The position numbers and the translations under genes were made by a program. Below the pieces are notes generated by a model. That model was not told the origin of the DNA. It was given only the letters and a program-made list of their open reading frames with translations, and made no database searches. Below are positions 33,862-47,380 of a DNA stretch of 64,000 nt, in pieces. The stretch is taken from the NCBI GenBank assembly GCA_011109175.1, contig RDEW01000012.1:532228-596227 (forward strand), given 5' to 3'. Each line of letters opens with the position of its first letter. Within the stretch, counting starts at the first letter, position 1. The stretch comes from Dicyema japonicum (Eukaryota; Animalia; Dicyemida).

Positions 33862-36800
33862 ATGTCTTCAGTCTTCAATAGAATTTCTAGTGCTCCCACA
33901 AGTTTGAAACTTCACGAATTGGTATTTTCTTATGACCATTCGAGAATAAACCACAACCCAAAGTGAACAATAACCAAAGAAAGTGCCAGGTTTGTTTTGA
34001 TAGCTTAAATACAAAACAGCCAACATTCAGTACCAATCGATATTCTAATCGACGAAATATCTGTCATTTTGCACAAAGTATAAACCGTTACGATTTCAGA
34101 ATTGCAAGTTCCACGCATTGTTGGACAATTTGAAGGCAATGGACCTCCTCGTGAGAAACAACGTAAATTTGTAAGTTGTTGTTGTAACTCAGATTTATTT
34201 ATGACTTTATTTCCGCTAAGGTGAACGGGATTTACTTTCTCTCCAAGATTGTCGGATTTTTGCTCATCGAATTGTATTTCGATATTTTACGTAAGTGACA
34301 AATTCAAGGATAGCAGGCAAAACTCAAAATCTCTTAAAAGGGGAGAAGGCATCGTCGACTGCACATGTCTTCTTGTCGACATATTTAGTGAAATGGCCGA
34401 TAATTCCGTAATTTGTTGGTTCCATTTCAGGTTGGTGTTTCTCAAATCAGAAAAATTGAAAATCTCCTACAAATTTTTCTGAAGCTTTTATTCGCCGGAA
34501 ATACCCGGTTTGCTCCAAAAATGAAAATTTAGAATAACAATTTCTGTTCTGAGATTTTTGACAAGACTCTGCCTCCAGAATGAAGTAAACTATGTAACCT
34601 GTGGAATCATTAACTTATATGAGGTCACGAATCTTTTTATTCAAGGAAAACTGTGACAAGTACAATTTCAGAAAAATTTACGAAACCGCTGATGAATCAA
34701 ATGAGAGTTTATCAGTAATTTTCACTTTAATTTGAGATTTCATTAATAAAATTGGTCGAAATACTGGTGGACCGACAGGAGGTTCACTCCACTCGAGTGA
34801 AGTTGAAGCATCACATAAACTACGGTCTATACGAACATACCTTGAATGTGAGTCTGAACCGTAATTTTAGAAACTGAAGAAGACTTTGAATGAAAATATA
34901 AAAATATCAGAATTAATCAATAAAAGTGAAAAATTCAGAATCGAAAATATCCCAATCGACCGATTACAGAATGAACTCCTAAGCCTCGAGAGGGAGTACT
35001 CTAAGGTTTGATTACACCTAATTTAAGTCTTTGTGTGTCATTGATGAGATTAAAGGCTCCATCAGGCATTACAATTCTGCCAAGATCCATATTTTTCATA
35101 ACTTTGTAGTTTTTGTAAATTACATAGGCAAAACCGAAACTCCCGAAAACGATTGAATTGAGTATCTCAGACTACCAATCTAAGGAATCAAACCAAGACG
35201 AGTCACAGAACAAATGTCGGAACATAAATTCAGACATTTTAACCACAAATGACGAAATTTCAAATTTTATAGAAGCTCCGCTAACAATGGAACCTTCTAC
35301 TTCCGTTGTTGAAGGTTCTCTCAATATTGCAAAATCTGAAACTATCAAAGAAATCAATACAATCCCAGAAAATTATACTTCTGAAGATATCGACACCACC
35401 CTCATAAAATCCAATGCCTCCAAAGAGATCACTTCCAATGGATTGAATCACACCAACGATACAATTCAAAACATAACCAACAACATACAACAGAATATCA
35501 GTGATGTCACGAATGATAAAACATCCCCACAAGAAGAAAATATAAAAATTAAAGAACAGCTGGTTCTACCAAACCTTAAATTTACCCCTCCCCCACCTCC
35601 TTTGTTAGGGAAAACCTTCAAAAGGTGGAAAGCAATCACAAAATCCCGACTCCTTTCAAGTCAATGAAATTATTCCATTGGACGTCAATTGGTTCCGGAG
35701 AAATCAAAGACAGCATCTTCAACAACTATAATGAGGATACGCTCTATAAAGTTCAAATTAGATTTTATCTAGAAAATTGATCTAAAGTCGTTCACGGACA
35801 GTTTTTACACCCAAGTCAACACCATTGGAAAAGAATCAAAGAGAGATTTCAGTGTAAAGAAAATGTCTCTTCTTTCTGCAGACAGACTCCGTAGCATTGG
35901 TTTTGTCTGTTAAGCAATTTAAAGCGATCGCCAAACGAACTGTAAGCAACCACCTACTCCGAGACCTTGAAGCAATCAACAAATATGATTGGAACTACAG
36001 CCGAATTGGTGATCTCGAAGTTCTCAAACAAATCATCCGACAGAAGAAGAGGTCATAATATGACCTGATCCCTAGAGAGCTCTTTACAAGGACTATATAG
36101 GAAAACCAGTGCTCATAGAGACACTTTCTGATGAAGACAAGTTTTTCATTCTAGTAATTTTCCATTGGATTACTTAGCTTGTCGAAATTAATGACTTTGA
36201 AGCTAAACTGAAGTGTTTGTTCTTTATGGTGTACTTTGATGATTCCTACGGCTCTCTACTAAAGGTACCGCAGTAAAGTCATCTCAAGGAAACTGAAACA
36301 ATGAAGAACGTTCTCGATAGTTTAATCAGGTCTGAGAAACTCCCGGAAGTTATGAAGGTAGTCTTTGTGCTAAATTAGATAATCCTGGCTTTGGGGAATT
36401 TCATGAACTACGGGAAAAAGGAACCAATCTCGGGATTCTGTATGAAATGCCTAGAAAAGGTGACACTTCCCCTTAATATCTCTAGATGGTCACGATCAAG
36501 TCTCCGGATCAAAAAACAACTTTTTTGGATTATCTAGTGAAGCTCATCAATGGATCATTCAACCACCTATATGAGTTTTGTGATGAATTTTCTGAGTTAT
36601 CGAAAATGCTGGCTACTGGCTGTATGCATTTGTTCTTATTGCAGTGACGGTCGAAAATATTTCTGTTAATTTTCAGGAAATGAAAAGTTTTTATGAAGTT
36701 ATAAAAAATAAACATATGGGGGACCAATACTCAGCGAATTTGCACACCTTTGTAGCAGCCAATCAAGACTTGATGTCTTCTTTAGCCGTAAAAGTGGCCG

Positions 36801-37021
36801 AAGTAAAGGTAGATTGGCTATAATTTTGTAGAACTTATCGAACCAAGTAATTATATATTTTGGGGAATCTCCCACGAAAACAAAACTGACTGAGATTTTA
36901 CAGAGTCTAGATATTTTTATTCAGCAATTTAAAGTTTTAACTGTAATGATTGTAGCAATCTCAAGTCAGATTTAGAAACGACTCAACCTCAAAAAATAAA
37001 GTATTTCATAAATTAAATTAA
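33862..37021 (+). CDS. Diaphanous-related formin (GBD/FH3, minimal FH1, FH2)
   Basis: FH2 pieces MKLFHW, SLLSADRLRSIAI, PTEEE, ILALGNFMN, GFCMKCLEKMVTIKSPDQKTTFLDYLVK, YFGESP joined by 21-26 nt introns; FH3-like segments at 34100-34830. N-terminal splicing unresolved; two apparent 1-nt lesions. Confidence 0.85.
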
Positions 37022-38035
37022 TTATAATAATTCTGTGATTTTTAAATTAATTTTTTACTAAACTTGCTTTATTGATGATTTATGTATGGACCATAATACC
37101 ATACTTCTGTATTATGTGGACACCAACTATCAGATTTTCATGAGGTTGCGATGATCTTCAAATTTGGAACATAACATGGCGGGGTGAATATACATATTGG
37201 CGAGGTCACTATGGTAAGTACATAGAGTTTTACTACCGTTTTCCTCCCCATAAAAATGAAAGGCCTGCTACTTCATTAAAAAGGCAAAGCAGGTCTTAGA
37301 CAAGGATGTCAATCTAAAAAGACGGCTACTCTTTGTACCCCTAGAACACCTGAGTACTGTGATTGATGAGGTAGTTATCTCAGGTTTTCACCCCGATTGT
37401 CGTTAGCAAAAGAAACTTAAAAATGTGGCTCAAAGTGGAGGCAGATGACAGTTGCAAATATTTCAAGGACTTGAAAGATGAGATATTCATCGTCTCGGGC
37501 GGATCAAAGGAAAAACTCTTCTTCCTATGCCATCTTTGATGATCTCTAAAATATCGGAAAGGCCAGAGTTCATCCTTTGGGAATAACCCACATTGCACTG
37601 ACCAACGTCTCTTGGTCACATAATGTTGACTGGTATTTACGTACAATGTTGTAAAATTAGTCCCCCATGATTGATATAAGTTGTAAATTATGGAATGTCC
37701 CCAACATAAACGCTCAGTACCATATTTGAAAGGAAATCTATATTGGCCCAATCAGGATCCAGTCATAAGCTTTCCCAACGGACTCTATCAAAGACTCTGA
37801 AAAGTTATAAACATGTGAATGGCATTTCGAAGTCTTGTTATACTCCAAAAGACGTGGATCCGTTATGGGGGTAGTAATTAATACATAGATTCATTACGAT
37901 TCTCTGTCCATCAACTGAAGCACCAGTCGAAATCACTTCCCAATCTTAGTTTAATGTTGTAAGATCATTTTCGAGGTCTTCGGACAGCATAGAGGTTGTT
38001 GTTGGAAGATTAAGTAATTTTATTAAAATAACAAT

Positions 38036-38607
38036 TTAATCATCACAGAGTAAATAAACCTGACCAGTATATTCCACGTTGTTGTCTGAATATACAAAAA
38101 ATACTGGGTTTAAGGACTTTGCATGCTCTCGTGATGTTATTATATAGTTTCCAACTCCAAATCTTCCAACCATTTTGGGATTGGTCCCCAGGTAATATAA
38201 GACTGTCCCCTCGTCAATGTATTCGACCCATCCGTCCTTTTCGAAGCTAAGGAAGTCAATCTTCCACGAAATTCCCAGGTTCTTTGACTTGACTGTCATC
38301 GATTTACAGACAGTCATCTGGTTGACACTCTGGGAATATTTCATTCCACCAAAAAACGCCACAGGAACTGAAATTTATAAGCTAAATACTCAAAATCGAT
38401 AAGAAGACCAAAATCATTATTATATTTGCTGAATTGCCCCCATTTGGATTATTTGCAGGCACATTGTAACAAGATAATGATGTCGATGCTTCTGATCCAC
38501 AGACTGAAGTACTGTCCTGTCAATAATGGACTAAATTCTACCATGAATGTGTTATATCTGTGTGTCAGTGAGTTATAGGAATTCGAGTTATCTGGACGAA
38601 TGCCCAT
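38036..38607 (-). CDS. Orphan putative single-pass membrane protein (may extend further 3')
   Basis: Introns 38517-38541 (25) and 38368-38389 (22) join frames into a product with one hydrophobic run, IIMILVFLSILIPVAFFGGM. No family recognised. Confidence 0.45.
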
Positions 38608-38879
38608 TTCTTGTTTATGCTTAAATTGTGTTTAAATTAGCAGACTCACCGTAATTTGTATACTAGTTTTTATATTTGTATACTTATTTGGCGATTTGGT
38701 GGAAAATGGAAATTTACCAAACCAGCTTTGAATAAAGATTAAATGTCGCGCTCCATGCAGGTTACACCAATTTTAGGCATTACACTTTGACCTTGGATTT
38801 TTTTGGATATTGACATCTAAAATCAATTAACCACAAGTAATTCACTATTTATTCATAAATCGAATTATCAGTGTTAGAA

Positions 38880-41120
38880 AAATGCATATTAAAAGTATGA
38901 TCAGGACTAGCCAAGAGTACAGTGATATTGTTTCTTCTTTAGCATGTTCGACATTTCGTCCCTAGATGCGACAACTATGTCATCGGCATAGGAATTATTA
39001 TTCATAGGTACGGGGAATCATCAAAAACAAATTAAAGAGGATTGGTGATAAAGGAGATCCCTAGGGTACACCATTGGGTAATAATCTCGATCTGGAACTC
39101 ATGTTTCCGAGGGACACTTTCCCTCGGCGTCCACTTAAGAAATTTGCTAACCATAACTTTAGTGGTGCATCAATTTTTGTCAAAAATATTTTTTGTATGA
39201 GGATCTTCCTTGGGACAGAGTCGAATGCTTTTTGAATGTCGATCGTACATATGACCGATTTTTCCTGTTTTGGCTTGTTCTTGTGTCCTTCAGTTATGAA
39301 CTTCATTAATGTCGTTAGGAAGGAGGTTGTTGATAATCCTTCCTTGAAGCCATGTTGGAATGTAGGTTGTGGGAGAGAAGGGCGAATAACTTTTAGGACC
39401 AGTTTCTCCAGGATCCTCGACAAAACACATATAAGGGAAACTGGTCTGTAAGAGCCGGGATCGTTCTTCGGTCTTCCCGGTTTCAATATTGGACGAATTT
39501 TTGATAGTTTCCATAAAGTCGGTATGGTATTTATGTTTAGCGATGTGTTGTAGATGATTGTCAATGCATTTATTGATGCTGGGTCCAAGTGTTTCAGCAG
39601 AATAAGAGGAATTCCGTCTGGGCCACATGAGTTTGTTTTTTTCTGATTTGATATTGCTTTGGATACATCTTTAGGGAGAAAATAAATCAGCGGGGCAAAT
39701 TTGGATGGCTTTCTCTTTATTTTCGGTTGTGTGTTAATTTTTTATAAAGAATGTGACTGATTCGGATACAATGTTTCATAAATTTATTCAGATTGAGCTG
39801 GCATTGTTTTTTGTTATCTTCGTATTCTGAGTTTTTCAGACGCCTCAACATTTTCCACATGTTGGAAATTGAGGTCTGATTATTCATAGCAAAAGAGACT
39901 CGCATGAATTTCTTCCTTCGGGTGTTGTTCGTGCTTATCGTGATAAGAATGTTTAGTGACCTGATTTGATTAATGACCTCTCGTGAACGATGTATCATTC
40001 TCTTAAGGTTGTTTTTTCCATAATTATTTTCTTGTTTTTGAGTCGTATTTCAATTTTTTTTTTATATATGCTTTTCTGATAAAAATTTTTCTCCTGTGAA
40101 TGATTGTTTTGTTGAAATAGTATACAGCTTTGTCTATGGAGGAGAAATTTTCAGGTTGGAAATGTTGCAGTTTTGAATCAACGAAATTTGTAAAGCCAGT
40201 CCAATTTGCATTTTTGTAATCATAGAAATGAATAGGCTTCGGTACAAAGCGTGGCTCGCAGTTCAGCTTCATTAACATTGAATGGTGGTCGCTTCGGAGG
40301 TCATAACGGACCGTCCAATTAATGATCGGGGAAAGACGAGGTGAGCAGACGGATAAGTCCGGAGATGTCACCATGTCCTTCGTGTTGTATGGTGTCCTAG
40401 TGTTCTTTTTCGGGTTGTTGATGATTATTAAGTTTTGCATTTATGATAATAGCAGGTTTCCTCTGTTATCAGTGGATTGGTAGCGGAACCAAGAAGGGTG
40501 CTTCGCATTAGGTCTCCACATAAAAGCAAGTTCTCCAGTTTGTCCAAGGTAGATAAGTCAAAGAAGAAATTTTTCTTGCAGGAGCCAGGAGGAGGAACAT
40601 AAACATTCGCAATTTCAATTTTTCCAATGGAAGTTATAACAGAGATTCCAATTATCTCCGTGTTCGAGTCTTCCATTAAGCTCTTGTAAAGAGGGTTCTC
40701 GAGGTATTTTATTACTTTTCTTACAAGAGTCAGTAGACCCCCTTCTTGGCCAGATGGGCGGTCGAATCTTACTGTGTTGTATCCGTTAAAGAGAGGAATA
40801 GGAATGCTATTTGAAAACTTCGTTTCCTGGAGAAGGCAGATGTCCACTCTGTTTCTCTCCTAGAATAAGGAAAATTTGGCAATCTTTCCTCTGATCCCGT
40901 TTATGTTTAAGCTTTGGATTGTTAACTTCTTTGGGCCTGGATTTTGTTTCACGTCTCCTGAGGTCAACAGTCTCAATCGATAGAATGTTCCAACAGTGAG
41001 AGAATGCCGTCCAGTTGGAAGTCCTCATGTTGGTAGAGAGCAAATAGTTCTTTTTAGATATAGTTTAGGACTATATCCGACGCCACCAGAAACGGTGAAC
41101 CACATGACACACGCTAAATA
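38880..41120 (-). mobile_element. Decayed LINE ORF2 (APE + RT), 3'-truncated
   Basis: DICLLQETK, NVYVPP, SDHH, YRPVSLICVLSRILEKL, DIQKAFDSV, GVP, SYADDIVV. Confidence 0.92.
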
Positions 41121-41384
41121 AATAATAATCATGGGTGGATTAGGGTCAAGATAGGGGTTTTAATGAATAATTTCTATTTTTATAAGTTTACCCAATAATA
41201 AATTATAGTTTCATTTTTGAACAATTACTATGTGGCGTTATATTCCTCAACACTTACTTAAATACGATATTTGAAATTGAGATTTCGATTTTTATGATAC
41301 GTCACCTGTAAAAATCAACTGTCAAAGTACAACGTCTAAAATTGGTGTAACCTGCATGGGCGACACATTAAATAATTAATTATT

Positions 41385-42490
41385 TTAATTATAAAACAAA
41401 CAAAAAGAGTAGTTAACAACAAATTCCATTTTCATTCCGACAAGTTTAAGGACGATCTTCAGACACACCGACATGCAAACGTGACCGCCCAAAAGGCTCT
41501 CCATCGTTTTTTTGATCGTTACAGTCTGCATGTAGGCTCCTACATGGCATTCCAATTTTAAATGACTCAAGTGGTGTTTATAGTATTTTCTCACGACTCC
41601 ATCCCAAGTAAGGACTACTGGGACCACGTGCACTTTCGTTTTGTGTATTATCAGCTCACTTGCGAGAAGATCGTACTTGCGGTTTTTCTCAACTTCGACA
41701 TGTTTCAAAGAATCCTGGGAGGTTATTCCCACTTCTATTAGCGTTATTATGTTCTTAATTTTGTTATACACGAAAATATCCGGCTTTTTATTCTCTATTC
41801 TCGTATAGCTATTGTTGTATCAACGCGAATTTCTACAGTTACAACCGTTGTTTGTACTGAATGAGTCTTTTCGATTTCTTTATTCCATACTGCCTGCACA
41901 GGTGTAAGTGTATGATGACCTCATTATGACGACGTAGGTAGTCACTATTGAGCATTCTTCCACACCTTGTCGCCAGATGATCAACTGTTTTTTTTTCGCT
42001 GAATTGCAATGACTGCATTTTGCTCCATTTTCCTCGAAGAAAACATTACGACCCTGGACATAACATAGCATTCCCTTCGTCCTTGGAAAGTTGTCCCGGT
42101 AACTAGTTATTGGCTAGACTGTTAATATCAACAATTAGATCTTCTGTTGAATTGAGCATCATAGCATGTAAAGGTCTTCTTTTTATCTTTTCTAATAGCT
42201 CCATTTGTTGTGCATCCTTCAGCTGTTTTATATTAAAATCCCTTGTCTCTATGCGATATTTTCCAGTTATAAATCCTACGATTGTGGCCATATGATTTTT
42301 CTTTGCATTCAAGAACCGTAGGATTCCTGCTCTCCTCATGCATTTGCTGGCTTTGTGTTGCAGGTCGTTGTAAAATGTAGTATTCGTTCACTTTATATAC
42401 AACAAAAGTCAATCCCTTTCCAAGAAAATCTCGCTGTAAATACAATCTTTCTTTATTTGCTGGTTTGGAAAGTCGGATCCTATTAAACAT
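41385..42490 (-). mobile_element. 3' half of an R4/Dong-like REL retrotransposon (RT end, CCHC, endonuclease)
   Basis: ERLYLQRDFLGKGL, CSHCNSAK zinc knuckle, LIEVGITSQDSLKHVEVEKNRKYDLLASEL, VVLTWDGVV. Confidence 0.85.
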
Positions 42491-42850
42491 GGAAAGTCGA
42501 GGAAGAATCCTATTAGTTATAGGCCAAATAAGCCTTATATGTCTACATCAAAGATTATGGAACGGATTGTATTCAAAAGATTGAATCGGTAATATAGAAG
42601 AGAGTAACTTTCTACGACCTTACCAATGGGGTTTCCGTCCGGGAAGATCGTGCGGAAATTGTATTCACTCACTAAACTACGAAATTACAAATACATTTGA
42701 GAAGAAAAGCCAGTTGAGCCTTATTTGCCTTGACATATCAAAGGCGTTCAACAGTGTATGGTACAAAGCCTTATTTTGTCAACTTGTACGATCTAAGATA
42801 TCTAAACAAATGTTCCTATGGTTGAAGGACTATTTGACTGGGAGGATATC
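42490..42850 (+). mobile_element. LINE RT fragment
   Basis: SKIMERIV, QWGFRPGRSC, LDISKAFNSVW, WLKDYLTGR. Confidence 0.85.
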
Positions 42851-43076
42851 TCACGTGGTAGTTTATTAAAAACGAAGAGACAGCCACTCAACCTTCCTAC
42901 CAATTAACCACTGGTTAGGGACACCCAATAATTTAAAAATATAATTCCTAGATAATTTCCCAGATAAATCCCCACTGATTTTGAAAACAATCTCCGCGCC
43001 ACAGACTACCCCCGAAAGAGTTAAACACATTGATACAAAAAGAATAAAGTAAGTATATCACAAAATGTTACAAAAT

Positions 43077-43768
43077 CTAATTTAATCTCGAATTCCTCAA
43101 GATAGCCCGGAGTCGTCCTTGAAGAATCGAAATGTCCTCATTTGAGGGAACGACATATCCCCTTCTGGCCCTCTTTATTTTTCCAATATGACGTCTTCTC
43201 AGCCCAATCGACGAACGGATAGTTCTCATCATAGTGGCAATACGGTACTCGTATTCCAACCTATCATTTCTCGACATACTGATTATCTTCTGGTCATAAA
43301 TCCCCTTCAAATCAGGAACGTAGCGTTTTTGGACGACATCTCCCCCATGCATGTGCTCATAGTAGTCCGACAGCATCCCAGTCCATCCACAAGGATACTC
43401 TGGGCAGCTAACACATAAGCTGTCCAGCTCCGTCTTGATTTTCTGGTCAGGCTCGAAGTATCCGATCACTCTGCAGAAAGGACAGCTCAGGCATTGGGAG
43501 TTATTAGACATAATCCAGTTATAAATGCAACTTTTACAGCACACGTGGTTGTTCTGACATTTTACAGGATCGCGGAGAACAAGAAAACTAAATATTAGCA
43601 TATATGATATGAATTTAGAGTGTTAACAACAGACCAACCATATAAAACAGTTGTATCTGTCAAAATTAGAGGGAGATATCGACGGGGTAAAAAAATCCCA
43701 TTGTAGCCACCCGATAGCACTTCAATGTGTCTCTGATTCTGATAATTAACGCTTTCTGAAATGTCCAT
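43077..43768 (-). CDS. RING finger plus TRAF-type zinc finger protein (RNF41/RNF151/PDZRN-like architecture, no MATH domain)
   Basis: A 51-nt intron splits the second Cys codon (TG|T), giving YNCFICFLVLRDPVKCQNNHVCCKSCIYNW...CPFCR, then LCVSCPEYPCGWTGMLSDYYEH. Linking ATG 43768 requires one extra T at 43689-43695. Confidence 0.75.
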
Positions 43769-46299
43769 AAAAGAAGAAACACAAAAATCAATTATTTAAA
43801 TACTTCAGATTTTAAATTAATTTTATATTAAATAATTTGTAATTTTTTTCCATTTTTTTTAAAATTACAAAAATGAATTTTCCTCATTTTTGTAAATTAA
43901 TAGCAGAAGAAATATCATTAACATCAATTTCAAGAAAGACACATTTAATATCAGAAGAAACATCTATAACCTCAATTTGAGGAAGGACAGAATTAATAGC
44001 AGAATAAGTACCACATTGATTGAAAACGTAGTACAGTTTTGGGGAAACTTAAATTGGGGGGAAATCCTCGATTATGGGAGATTTAATCATTTTAATAGAA
44101 AGTTTAGAAGAGGTATGAGCAGGAAGTTAAAACAAAATGAAAAAATTAGAAAATGTAAGGAAATACAGTCAGATTGGCTCGTATTAATAAAGAAATGATG
44201 GAAAAGAAGAAAAATAACATTACTGATAGATTATGTAATTTGTCTACTTGTATGCAGCATTCAAACATCGACATAATATTCCGAAAATACGACTTCTTTA
44301 ATACAAAAATGTCATCAAGGGATAAATGTTTCAAAATCATTTATTGTATAAAAAATTATAAAAATCTTTTAGCTCAAATAGATGAAGCTATAAAGGAATC
44401 ACAAAATGGCCTGGAAAGAGATAAATAAATCAGAATACGGATTTGGAACACAACCTTCAGATTCGATCAACTTACGTTGAGCCAGAAGACCCATTTAAAG
44501 TAGATATTTTTACATTAACTATGGAAAAAAGAACAAAAAGCATGAAAATGACAGATTTACTTATCAAAATAAAAATCTAATAATAATTATTTTTATTATA
44601 AAAGTAATTTTTCACATTTTTATTAGGCTTTTTACAAAAATCCTCATTTTTGGAGAAAACCTCAAAATTGAGGAATTTTTTGCCCATTTCGGCGTTGGGC
44701 TGTAGAATATTTTGATTGATTATTTGGTCGGTCAATTGCCGACTCTTTAAACTGACCATGCAAACCTCAATACTCTCCACAAAAAAACAACGATTAGACA
44801 TCACAGATTCCTCTCAAAGCCATAAATCCTATTGTACACTTCTCCCTTCAGTATTATATACGACTCTTCAAATTCACCGTGGCAAACGTCAACCCTATTG
44901 CATTGTTTCTAAACCTCGTTTTTGTATCGCCGCTGTCATTAGTGAATACATGACTACGGACTTAACGTAGCTATAGATAATTTGGCTTTTTATTTTTGTT
45001 AAATCTACATGTCCCTCGCACATACTCAAATTGCTACGTTTGTTATTTATCAAATCAAGTAGTCTGAAACACATTGAAGACATATTTTTCCATAAATCCG
45101 GTATTCGTAGTTTAATAACATTCGACGCAAATATCTTTAAAATGTTATCGCATATGCCACCAAATGCAACCGATTCAAGTTTTACTGAAAATTTTGTTTT
45201 TCTAATAGAAATAAGAATTGGTCGATCTCGTCAATTCTTTAGTTTTTAATAATTTGGAAAATTCGTTAGTTTTTAGTTTCACCCGCCTTTATTCTACACA
45301 AGGAAGTACAAAATTTTCGTCAATAAGGCATTGGAAGTAATTTCTGTCCTATATGAGTGAATTATCCTCTTGGGAGAAGAGTTTTGCCTTAGGTTTTTAA
45401 TTTAATGTCTTTTCCTAGTGAATGAGGATGCTTGCGTGTTTTATTAAGCGTGATGGAATAATCACTTAGAGAAGAGGAACAGACAAACAAAACAGAAACG
45501 TCAATCAAATAGCCACGAAGCACCACATAGCGCCATAGCGCCATGCGGCTCATTGAAAACATAAGGATCGATTGGATTTTTGGAATTTAAATAAAACCAA
45601 AAAATATCTTTATATTCTCTTACTCTTTTAAATTTAACTCCAGAACCACAAGAAATAAAAAGAGTTACTCTCTAAATTAAGTGACCCTAGTGTCAATACC
45701 AAGCTTCTCTTGTGGTTAGTTAAAGAATCATGGGTAATTACAAGGTTTCTTATTTATTCATTAACCCCATGCTTACATTATTTGATAAGCTCTGCACAAC
45801 AGTCACAACTAATTAATCAAAGGAAGCTACCCAAGAGACAACGTCTGCTTGTCCCGACAAAATCTATTCTCCAATAGTCCATTACAAACTTCCGATTCAG
45901 AAGAGAGGTGGAGAAGTAGATCCACCCTCTTTCATTTTCATCACATGTCCTACTTAGGCAGAAAAGTTTTTATAATTAATTTCTTACTTCTCTTTCCTCT
46001 CCCACCTCTCTGTCTTTCATTGCATCGTAATTATAATGCTTTGGTTCTTATCGCCATTTTCCGATTTCTTTGAATTCAACTATTCTGTGTTTATGACACT
46101 TTCCGGAAAAAGGACTGCCAGAACTTCAAATATAGAATCTTTGGGTATTTGAATAGTATCAGTAGCTCGGGGTACTGGATAATGGTAAGAGGACATGAAC
46201 TAGTACTAAAAAAGCCAATGAGGTTACATTGAGACCCAGATCGGATGATAGGAGTGACTTTTAATATTTGAAAAAATATTTATAGCATTACTTCATTCG

Positions 46300-47090
46300 G
46301 AGACTTAATTATCTTACCTCAATTGGATCCCAAAAATATTTTTCACACCTCAATAAATTTTCGACTTCTCTAACTCAAGGACCGATCTTTCATTTTATAC
46401 AGCTTGGTATCCTTCGGAGCAACTGAAAAGAGGGGATGTGTAACTGAAAAGAGAAAAAAAACTCTTCAATTGGATTAAGTTGAGCTCAAATAGAGAAATT
46501 TTTCTCTCTTATGTTTCTAATACATTTTTTTGGAGTGACTCCTTGTATAGATCTTCCAAATTTGGATCTCATCGAACAATTGACTCCCATTTCGTCTATA
46601 AAAATAATCCGTTGATTATCAATTTCAATTATTTTTCTGGCATATCTATATTCCACATCTATTGTAGAATTTCTCGCCATAGGTACAAATTGAATCTTTA
46701 TAAAACTATATCCAAATGTCTCCAGCGTCCTATTTATTGTCGATATTTTTGCTTTGCACATCAAATAAAGAATTTTGTAATTTCTTCAGCGTAAATGAAG
46801 CATCTTCTTTAATTCTTCTAGTCAAAAATAAGATGTCCGATGAATTAAGTTTTTTTCATCCACAATTATTTCTTGTTGAAGCAAAACTTCCTGTATTTTT
46901 GTATTTTTTGACGATAGAAACAACTGTCTGGTAGTTAATACAGATGTCTTCGCTTATTTTTGAATAAGCCAACACTGCTTCATATTTATTTATAATAAGT
47001 TTTCGGTTATCCTCGGATACATTAGTATTTTTGTTTTTGTAACTATTCATTTAATTCATTTTTTGCTAAAATTTGTTTTCATAGGGACTT
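46300..47090 (-). mobile_element. Tc1/IS630-type transposase pseudogene with internal deletion
   Basis: N-terminal HTH (RKLIINKY...TVVSIVKKYKNTG), RIIFIDEMGVN and QLNPIEEFFS. Confidence 0.8.
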
Positions 47091-47380
47091 AATAATCCAA
47101 TAAATATAAATAATGATTCAATAAATATTTGACAAAATTATTAAATTTTATGACAAAGTTATTTTTTTGAAATCAATTAGGTGATCTTGACAATCCTGAA
47201 GAGCTTTCTCAACTTCTCCCGATACTAGACTTTCAAATTATTTGCCAGTTTTTTATTTTTATGACAAAGTTATTAAATAAATAGGAAAACTCTGTAAATA
47301 AAGAATATAGTTTTTATATAAACAATTTTAATTATAAAATTAATAATAATAATTTTAAAAATTAAAAAATTTGAACTTTG

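Noticed and set aside
33985-34075. RING-like CQVCFD...ICHF in the formin 5' region
   Set aside because: Cys/His spacing is incomplete, and the helical FH3-compatible reading is in another frame; probably intron or off-frame sequence.
43860-44430. AT-rich ORFs 43977-44198 and 44174-44428 as a gene or transposase
   Set aside because: No catalytic motif or consistent micro-intron structure found.
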